From an uncultured Gammaproteobacteria bacterium (GTDB lineage Bacteria; Pseudomonadota; Gammaproteobacteria; JABCZS01), in NCBI GenBank assembly GCA_963848305.1, contig CAWKDC010000001.1, positions 288,001-352,000 on the forward strand: a DNA stretch of 64,000 bases, written 5' to 3'. Made by a program: the position numbers and the translations under genes. This document shows, in pieces, positions 9,911-17,861 of the stretch. Under the pieces are notes generated by a model. It saw only the letters and a program-made list of their open reading frames with translations. It did not search any database and was not told the origin of the DNA. How positions within the stretch are numbered: position 1 is the first letter of the stretch; every line of letters starts with the position of its first letter.

Positions 9911-11654
9911 ATGGCGAAACAGCAACACTATCATTTTCCCTCTCTGCCGGCATCCTATAGGCCAAATCTATGGGATTTGATGATTTTCGTCCTTATTTTT
10001 TCATTATTTGTTTTGTTAGCCCAATCTGCAGCCAAAATGGCCATGCCCTATCATTTGGGTGAAATACTGCCCATTAACTTGGATCCAAGCGCCCTTCCCG
10101 AGTACGCATTACGGACTGTATTGCGTATGTTTTTTGCCATGATATTGTCTCTCCTCTTCAGTTTGGGAGCAGGATTATTAGCAGCAAAATCTCGATATGC
10201 CGAACGAATCATTATACCCGCGATTGATATTTTACAATCCATTCCCATTTTGGGATATTTATCGATCACTGTGGTTGGATTTATTTGGCTTTTTCCAAAC
10301 AGTTTGCTCGGGCCCTGAATGTGCAGCGATATTCGCCATTTTTACCTCCCAAGCGTGGAATACAGCGTTGAGTGTTTATCAATCCATTAAAACCGTACCA
10401 CTCGATCTCTGTGAAGCCGCAGACATTTATCGTTTATCACCTTGGCAACGATTTTGGCGTTTAGAAATGCCCTACGCAACACCTCCGCTGTTGTGGAATA
10501 TGATGATGTCAATGTCTGCCGGTTGGTTTTTTGTGGTTGCTGCTGAAGCAATCACTGTCTCTAATCAACAAATATATTTACCAGGAATAGGTTCGTACAT
10601 TGGCGCAGCCATCAATGAAGCTAATATCCAGGCCGTTTTTTATGCAATTCTCGCTATGTTTATTGTGATCATCATATATGATCAGATTATTTTTCGCCCC
10701 TTAATCAAATGGTCTGAAAAATTTAAAACAGATGAAAATACGATGGAGCACGCCGCTTCATCTTGGGTGTATTCGATGTTTACGAGAAGCCGATTATTTC
10801 AGAAATTCGGCATAGGTTTGTCTATCATCAGTGATGCTCTTATCAATATGCCTATTTTTATCAGGCAAAAAGAATCATATAAAACAGAAAAACTACAGCG
10901 ATCAAGCTCAATATTCTTTACCTTCCTTGGCATTGCAGCACCACTCTCCGTGATCTTAATTGGCTTCTATGGAATGAGTCACTATATTTTAGAAACCATC
11001 TCCTATCAAGAAATAAGCTATGTCTTTCAATTGGGGGGAGTCACTGCCCTCCGTGTTTTTTCGTTAGTCATCATTTCATCCATTATATGGGTGCCGATAG
11101 GTGTTTGGATCGGCATGCGACCCCGCATTCGTCAAATTGTACAACCGATTGCGCAATTCATGGCAGCCTTCCCAGCAAATTTATTATTTCCTATTTTCGT
11201 GATCTACATTGTTAAATATCATTTGGATGTCAATATTTGGTCTTCTCCGCTGATGATCATTGGGACTCAGTGGTATATTTTATTCAATGTGATTGCGGGC
11301 GCTGCGAGCATTCCTGGCGATTTATATGACATGAGTGAAAATTTCGGCTTAAAGGGTTGGCTATGGTGGAAACGACTGGCACTGCCTGCCATTGCACCAC
11401 TTTATGTGACTGGTGCATTAACAGCTGCAGGCGGTGCATGGAATGCGAGCATTGTTGCTGAAGTGATCAGTTGGGGAAACACAAAATTAGTCGCGACAGG
11501 TCTTGGCGCTTATATTACAGAATATACCACCAGTGGCGACTTTCATAGAATTTTACTCGGGATTGGCGTGATGAGTATTTATGTTGTCACGTTCAACATC
11601 TTATTCTGGCAACGCTTATATACTTACACTCAAAAACGGTTTCGCGGAAATTAG
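9911..11654 (+). CDS. NitT/TauT-family ABC permease with duplicated TM domain; one extra base near 10310-10315
   Basis: ORFs 9911-10318 and 10197-11654 join as ...NSLLGP/ECAAIFAIFTSQAWN; EAA loop present. Confidence 0.85.
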
Positions 11655-11662
11655 GAGCAGCA

Positions 11663-12967
11663 ATGAATACTTCCATCATCAAATGTCATAACATCTGCAA
11701 ATCTTTTCCAAAGCCAAATGACAAGCCTTTGTTGGTTTTGAATAATATCGAATTAGAATTGTACCAAGGCGAAATTGTCGCATTACTCGGAAAATCAGGC
11801 TCTGGAAAATCTACCTTACTTCGGGTCATCGCAGGTTTGATTCCTCCTTCAAGCGGTGATGTCTATTATCGTGGACAACCGATTAAGGGCCCTGTGCCAG
11901 GCATCAGCATGGTATTTCAACATTTTGCGTTGATGCCATGGTTAACGGTATTACAGAATGTTGAATTAGGATTAGAAGCACAAGGTGTTCCACGTGAAGA
12001 GCGCAGGCAACGCGCCTTGAAAGCCATTGACATGATTGGGCTGGACGGATTTGAATCAGCTTTCCCAAAGGAATTGTCCGGCGGCATGAGACAGCGTGTT
12101 GGATTCGCACGTGCCTTGGTTGTCAATCCTGATTTGCTTTTAATGGATGAACCATTTTCAGCATTGGATGTGCTGACAGCTGAAAACTTGCAATCAGATT
12201 TGCTTGATCTATGGAATGAAAAGAAAACACCGATGAAATCCATTTTATTGGTCACACATGATATCACTGAAGCCGCAACAATGGCTGACCGTATTATTAT
12301 TTTCAACAGTGATCCTGCTTCTATTCGCGCGGAACTTGACGTCGATTTTCCGCATCCACGAAATCCACAAGATCCTAAAATGCGTGAACTGATCGACGAA
12401 ATTTATACCATGATGACATCTCCTGAGAAGGACGTCAGTCGTGTTGCATTTGGACCTTATCAGCATAAAACCATTGAGATAGGCTATCCATTGCCTGATG
12501 TTGAAGTCTCGACACTCACTGGATTGATTGAAGAACTCGCCTTCGCGAATCATGAAGGGGCTTATCACTTGCAAGATCTGAGTGATTCACTTAAAATGGA
12601 CATCGAAGATCTATTCCCCATCATTGAAATGCTCGATATTCTTCATTTCGCACAAATCACGGACGGTAATATCGCACTGACTAAAGCGGGGTCTGATTTT
12701 GCTGATGCCGATATTTTAAGCAAAAAGGAAGCATTTGCCAACCATTTGATGCGATTTGTTCCCCTTGCAAAGTATATCCAAGATGCCATTGATGACGCAC
12801 CAAATCATCGTATTAAAGAGGAAGATATTCTTAACAAACTTCAACAATATTTAGATTCGAAAAAAGCTAAGCGTGCCATGTCCACGATTATTGACTGGGG
12901 ACGTTATGCAGAGATATTTGCATATAACGTAAATAACAGAATGCTTAGTTTCGATAACCCTGATTAG
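11663..12967 (+). CDS. NitT/TauT-family ABC ATP-binding protein with C-terminal extension
   Basis: GKSGSGKST, LSGGMRQR, LLLMDEPF, VTHD; C-terminal IIDWGRYAEIF domain. Confidence 0.92.
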   Translation: MNTSIIKCHNICKSFPKPNDKPLLVLNNIELELYQGEIVALLGKSGSGKSTLLRVIAGLIPPSSGDVYYRGQPIKGPVPGISMVFQHFALMPWLTVLQNVELGLEAQGVPREERRQRALKAIDMIGLDGFESAFPKELSGGMRQRVGFARALVVNPDLLLMDEPFSALDVLTAENLQSDLLDLWNEKKTPMKSILLVTHDITEAATMADRIIIFNSDPASIRAELDVDFPHPRNPQDPKMRELIDEIYTMMTSPEKDVSRVAFGPYQHKTIEIGYPLPDVEVSTLTGLIEELAFANHEGAYHLQDLSDSLKMDIEDLFPIIEMLDILHFAQITDGNIALTKAGSDFADADILSKKEAFANHLMRFVPLAKYIQDAIDDAPNHRIKEEDILNKLQQYLDSKKAKRAMSTIIDWGRYAEIFAYNVNNRMLSFDNPD

Positions 12968-12991
12968 TTTGTAAACGTGAAAAATGCACCC

Positions 12992-13705
12992 CTACACTTT
13001 GATGATCACACTCATGACAAACGCTAATATATTCATCATGGTCCAAAACAATACCATGGCAGACGGAAAGGGATAAAACAAAACCAGAAAAACAATGGCC
13101 ATCGCATATAAAAAGTATTTTTCGTTTGTCTTTTTCATCAAAAAGGTTGATAACATTGAGACGGCTGTCATCACAAAAGGCAAGATAGGATCAGGCAAGG
13201 ACAGATCCTCTATCCAAAGAAGTGAAGCCCCCTCCAACTCAGGCATTTTCCACAAGACATTAAAAATGGCGACCTGAATAGGTAATTGCACAGCAGGGCC
13301 AATCATGGGTTTCATGCCATAAAAAGGGGTGATACCTAATTCTTTGTATTCAGCCATGATGAGATGATGTGCTTCTTCCCCATCGTATTGTTTTTTGATC
13401 TCGTGAAGCTTCGATTTTAAAATCGCTGCATAGTGATCGTTCGTGCGTTGCATCTTTTCGACCCAGAATTGTAGCGGTAAAAAAATGACTTTAAAAATAA
13501 TTGCCAAAACAATAATAGCAATACCCCAATGATTCCTGAGTAATCCGCCTAATACGATAAAAGCCGTTTCAATAGCGCGACACACCACAGCCAACCATGG
13601 CCACAAATAATCATATTGCGCTGAGGATTGCACCAAATCATTCGCTTGAGCAACACCTGAAAAAATCAAGTAAAAAAATAAAGTCAAAAAAGCTATTGGT
13701 CGCAT
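12992..13705 (-). CDS. Short YidC/Oxa1-family insertase paralogue lacking the large periplasmic domain
   Basis: WGIAIIVLAIIFKVIFLPL, coiled-coil hairpin, VQLPI, LWIEDLSLPDP, FPSAMVLFW; probable start ATG 13705 (MRPIAF...). Confidence 0.8.
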   Translation of the reverse strand: MRPIAFLTLFFYLIFSGVAQANDLVQSSAQYDYLWPWLAVVCRAIETAFIVLGGLLRNHWGIAIIVLAIIFKVIFLPLQFWVEKMQRTNDHYAAILKSKLHEIKKQYDGEEAHHLIMAEYKELGITPFYGMKPMIGPAVQLPIQVAIFNVLWKMPELEGASLLWIEDLSLPDPILPFVMTAVSMLSTFLMKKTNEKYFLYAMAIVFLVLFYPFPSAMVLFWTMMNILAFVMSVIIKV

Positions 13706-15387
13706 GAAATACCACCCAAATCCGAACATTTTAAAATCCAATCTTGTGGATTACGTACATCACCATCAATCGTATATATTGTCAAAGGTGGAAGCTTACT
13801 GTCTCCCCAATAGGTTTCATCAAACTCATAGAAAATGAACTCTCTTACCCTTTTGTCAGTTTCTTGTAGTGCGATTATATTTTTACCGTTATTTAATAGT
13901 GGCATTTTCATGGCAGCCAATATTGTATTCGGGATATCATTGAGTGAGACAGGTGCATTCGATGTGCGCATAGGCCCAGCTGAATGAAATGGTTTGATAA
14001 AAAGTGTCGCGAGTGCAGTTGAATAATGTTTCTGACTGATTGGAGTCTGTATCAAATTTTGTTTCTGCGATTCAGATAGATAGTTTGAGCCATGATCAGA
14101 TGAAATGATGATCAACGAATTATCATAAATATCCGCTTTTTTCAGATTTTCCAACAATGAATCAATATGATTGAAAGCACATTGGGCCTGGTCTGTTTTA
14201 CCAATCAAACCTCTTCGAGAGGCCTTTGTGATACGCAATTCACAATCCTTACCAAGGACAGCTGGACTGTGGGTGATCATCGAATGATAAAATTTATAGG
14301 TTGGGTTGATATCGTCAACTGAGAATTGATCATTAAAATATTGAAATGCCAAATGATTCAAGCCGCCGAGTGTTGTTTCATGGCTCGGATTGACGAAATA
14401 TCGCCTGATTATCCAGTGGTCATCATGGTAAATGACAGGTTTAAGTATGTCAGGCACTGCTTTGAAAAGGCTATAATCGAGAAGTAAAAACGCGCTCTTA
14501 TCCGGGGATAGCTCTGGTTGCGAGATACAATTTTTAATGTGGGATTTATTGCAGTAATAACCCATTGTATATATCGAAGTTGAAAAATTACTCTGCTCTA
14601 ATTGCGTCGTCAGTGGATTATGACTAAGGACATCATCGAGGAACTGATTTTTATCACCATTGTTCTTATAAACCTCACCAGTCAACATCGCTGGAATAGC
14701 CATGTTAGTTGAGCGATAATTAGACGTTGTATTTGGAAAAAAGATAAATCCAGACAAATGTTGAATGAACGATGGATCAGTTTCAATCAAATGCTCAATC
14801 ACAGTTGACTGTTGCTCATCAAGCACAATGTGGATAATATTTTGGTGTTTTGAAAATGTGGCAAAGTCCTCTGGCATAAAGTTTGATTGATACTGACGCC
14901 TGTTGAGTTTATCTATATTGTTGATAACTTGAAATCCAGTGAATATCATGACTGCGCATAACAAACCCGTCACTGCCTGATACATCACGAAGTGTATCTT
15001 TTTGCAAAAGATAATGGCAGATATTAGCATAATAATCCAAATGGAAGCTTGAACAATTGATTTGACTGAAAATGGCTCAATCGACAACCCGCGGCCATCA
15101 AATGCGCCATAACTACCGAAGAGAAAATTTGCTGTTATCCAGCATAGTACTGCAAACATCGCTAAAAAAGCAAAATAGCGATCTCGAAATCCTGAATAAG
15201 GAATGATGGCAGGCAAAAAGGCCATGAGAAAGAGAATTACAAATGAAATACCCAATGTATAACAAAGTGATTTTAAGGGGATGGAAAACTCGTCTATATT
15301 ATTTATATAGATATCTACAGGCATCTGTATGCAAATCACAAATGCCAAGAATAAGCCTGCTGAAATAATAGGCAATATTTTTCTCAT
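13693..15387 (-). CDS. Membrane-anchored alkaline-phosphatase-superfamily phosphotransferase (LtaS/EptA/sulfatase-like)
   Basis: About 5 N-terminal TM helices; NIIHIVLDE, YRSTNMAIP (Thr nucleophile position, no CxPxR), ITHSP, ISSDHG. Confidence 0.8.
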   Translation of the reverse strand: MRKILPIISAGLFLAFVICIQMPVDIYINNIDEFSIPLKSLCYTLGISFVILFLMAFLPAIIPYSGFRDRYFAFLAMFAVLCWITANFLFGSYGAFDGRGLSIEPFSVKSIVQASIWIIMLISAIIFCKKIHFVMYQAVTGLLCAVMIFTGFQVINNIDKLNRRQYQSNFMPEDFATFSKHQNIIHIVLDEQQSTVIEHLIETDPSFIQHLSGFIFFPNTTSNYRSTNMAIPAMLTGEVYKNNGDKNQFLDDVLSHNPLTTQLEQSNFSTSIYTMGYYCNKSHIKNCISQPELSPDKSAFLLLDYSLFKAVPDILKPVIYHDDHWIIRRYFVNPSHETTLGGLNHLAFQYFNDQFSVDDINPTYKFYHSMITHSPAVLGKDCELRITKASRRGLIGKTDQAQCAFNHIDSLLENLKKADIYDNSLIIISSDHGSNYLSESQKQNLIQTPISQKHYSTALATLFIKPFHSAGPMRTSNAPVSLNDIPNTILAAMKMPLLNNGKNIIALQETDKRVREFIFYEFDETYWGDSKLPPLTIYTIDGDVRNPQDWILKCSDLGGISCDQ

Positions 15388-16505
15388 GTGAGTATCTCCA
15401 GTAAGGCGCGAGCACCTTTTTGGCCGCTTTGATGGATGTTGAATACATGAGATTCACGCATGATAGTCATTTTTTCTACCAAATGATTGTTGATAAGCAA
15501 CCTTTCTACATATTCTGTCAGCGCATTGAGTTTATCCAATGGGACAATTTCTCCGATTCTTTCGCGTATAAAATCTTCGAACGGAACAATGGCCAGATCA
15601 GTGTATCTCGGATTATTGATCTTCCTTTCTATATCTAAAAAAAGCACAGGTTTACCAAGACCGAAAGCATAATCCAGTGCCGCGCCAGACCAATCACTGA
15701 TCATCAACGATGAAAGATGCAATGATGATTGATCAGCCATATTGGTTTCAAATGAAAATAATAGATTACTGGCATATTTCTCTTTAATCTTTTTTAGAAT
15801 TCCGGAAGAAAACTTGACAGTTTGGGGATGCGGACGCAATGTGACTTTATAACCATGCTTCAGCAACTGCCCAATCACTTGATCACCTATAGTTTCTATC
15901 ATGCCATGCTGCCCCCACGAGGGGGCAATCAATATATGCTTTGGTTCTGGCATAATGTTGTGTGATTGTGCATTTGCTAAAATAGCATCTAGCCTTCCAT
16001 AGCCATGTTCAACTAATTTTTTTGGCTTCAACTGATGCAGTTTTTCCAAAGTGCGAATTTCATCAACATGATGAGGACCTGCGCAAAAAATAGTATCAAA
16101 ATGATCGAAAGCACCAGGACGGTACACCATATGGCAGCTAACCAATGCATGATGAACATAAACATAGTGAACAGGGTATCGGGAGCGTTTAACTTGAAAA
16201 TTGTCTAAATCAGGCATCGTCATGATCATGACATCTGTATCAATATTAGAGAATAACCAGTTCCTGAGAAATCCTTCGTCCAAGTAAAAAATGGTCAGGT
16301 TTGGATGATCAACCTCAAATGCGGGATCATCTAATCCTGACGTGATATAGCAAACAGGAATATCACTTAGGATCAAAAATGATCTTAATAGGCTTTCCAA
16401 GTGCGGCCAATTTGATTTCCCCTCGGAATAAAAAACAATGCGACGCCTAGATTTAGGCAATTGCATGAATGTCGCTATATCAAAGATTGATCGAAAAAAA
16501 CTCAC
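15384..16505 (-). CDS. CDP-glycerol glycerophosphotransferase (TagF/TagB)-family protein
   Basis: HHAL, GYGRLD, ILIAPSW, LRPHP, MISDWSGAALDY motifs. Confidence 0.85.
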   Translation of the reverse strand: MSFFRSIFDIATFMQLPKSRRRIVFYSEGKSNWPHLESLLRSFLILSDIPVCYITSGLDDPAFEVDHPNLTIFYLDEGFLRNWLFSNIDTDVMIMTMPDLDNFQVKRSRYPVHYVYVHHALVSCHMVYRPGAFDHFDTIFCAGPHHVDEIRTLEKLHQLKPKKLVEHGYGRLDAILANAQSHNIMPEPKHILIAPSWGQHGMIETIGDQVIGQLLKHGYKVTLRPHPQTVKFSSGILKKIKEKYASNLLFSFETNMADQSSLHLSSLMISDWSGAALDYAFGLGKPVLFLDIERKINNPRYTDLAIVPFEDFIRERIGEIVPLDKLNALTEYVERLLINNHLVEKMTIMRESHVFNIHQSGQKGARALLEILT

Positions 16506-17262
16506 TTAAATCTCCTGAAGCATATAATTGCTCGTACAGTTTCAAATCATCGACAGAATCAACTTCTAGCCAGCCATTTTTAACAGGAATAGCTTTGATT
16601 TTCCATCCAGCATTTATCAATGATTGAAGAAAGCTTGTCATGTACATTTGATCAAATTGTTTACCGTCGTAAATTGCTTGTTTATCTAATCGTTCATAGA
16701 AATCGATCATTTCAGGGATTCGACCTGCTTTGATTTTGATCAACCCTGTGTATTGCCCTTGAATATCGTTGAATGATGCTGGTTTCTTACCGAGCTCTTT
16801 CACGAGACCATCCTCATCCATTTTAAATGATTCAGCGTCCGACAGCGGATCTTCAAATCGAAGTGACCAATAAGATTTCCAATCAATATCACACATAATG
16901 CTTATCTCAGCATCTGATGCAAGAATAGCTTTTAAATTTTCTGATTGATATATGATATCACCATAGGAAATCAGCAAATCATCCTCACCTTTCAAGTAAT
17001 CCATCGCTGAAAACAAAGTTGCAACCATATTGGTTGTTTCAAAATGCGGATTAACAGAACAAACATAGCCGTGATGCATTATCTGATCAGCGCAATACCC
17101 TCCCACAACATGGATATTTTTCACGCCACAGTCTTGCAAAACACCAGATTGCCAAGCCAAAAGAGATTTCCCTAAAAAAGGAACCAGGCACTTAGGTCGA
17201 TTATTTGTTAAAGGCCTTAATCGTGTCCCCTGCCCCGCTGCTAAAATAATCGCGCGTGTCAT
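16480..17262 (-). CDS. CTP:phosphoglutamine cytidylyltransferase-like NTP transferase (Cj1416/LicC family)
   Basis: IILAAGQGTRL..PKC, TNMV, ISYGDI, WSLRFEDPLSDAE, MYMTSFLQ, WLEVDSVDDL match remembered Cj1416 motifs. Confidence 0.85.
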   Translation of the reverse strand: MTRAIILAAGQGTRLRPLTNNRPKCLVPFLGKSLLAWQSGVLQDCGVKNIHVVGGYCADQIMHHGYVCSVNPHFETTNMVATLFSAMDYLKGEDDLLISYGDIIYQSENLKAILASDAEISIMCDIDWKSYWSLRFEDPLSDAESFKMDEDGLVKELGKKPASFNDIQGQYTGLIKIKAGRIPEMIDFYERLDKQAIYDGKQFDQMYMTSFLQSLINAGWKIKAIPVKNGWLEVDSVDDLKLYEQLYASGDLSEFFSINL

Positions 17263-17861
17263 GCTATTAATCTCCTGAGCAATGCGATGTCTTCTTCGCT
17301 TTTTGTCGATTCACGCTCTGGGTGCCACATGATACCTGTAATATTGTATTCAGGATGAATAAAAGCTTCGATGGAACCATCCTTATGGATAGCTGTCGGC
17401 ACCAAGACCCTAGAAAGTTGTTCCGGGTACATTCCAAAGTCATGATAGCTATTGACGTCTCTTGCGTGATCCTCTGCCCACGCATTACTGAATAAAACTT
17501 CATGACGTGTGAGTTTATGTCCAGCCAGCTTAACAAGCGTACCGCCGAAATATCGATTCAATGTTTGCATGCCTCGACAAAATCCTACGATGGGAATATT
17601 TTTATTGATCGCCCAATCTATCAACGCAAACTCGAAAACATCTCGTGTCGCATCATCATCACCGCCTGTGAAAAAAATGGCTGAGAGATTTAATGATTCT
17701 GCATAGGGTGCTGCTAAAGACCCAGACAAAGTGGCTAAAGGAACAGGAAAAAAACCCAATGCCTCAGCTACTTGCCACCAGCGCCTGTCTAAACTGTCTC
17801 TTTGTTCATGGTATTGCTCTACCACTGTGACTCTTTGGGTGAATCCAATTTTTTTGCTCAT
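17259..17861 (-). CDS. Gamma-glutamyl-CDP-amidate hydrolase-like class I glutamine amidotransferase (peptidase C26, Cj1417-like)
   Basis: IGFTQRV..YHEQRD.L...W, GFCRGMQ (Cys), NSYH, MWHPER (His-Glu); start 17861 overlaps upstream stop as ATGA. Confidence 0.88.
   Translation of the reverse strand: MSKKIGFTQRVTVVEQYHEQRDSLDRRWWQVAEALGFFPVPLATLSGSLAAPYAESLNLSAIFFTGGDDDATRDVFEFALIDWAINKNIPIVGFCRGMQTLNRYFGGTLVKLAGHKLTRHEVLFSNAWAEDHARDVNSYHDFGMYPEQLSRVLVPTAIHKDGSIEAFIHPEYNITGIMWHPERESTKSEEDIALLRRLIA

Noticed and set aside
13693-16505. Wall teichoic or lipoteichoic acid synthesis
   Set aside because: No TagD/TagA/TagO; organism is diderm (usher, FadL) and the donor genes point to phosphoramidate
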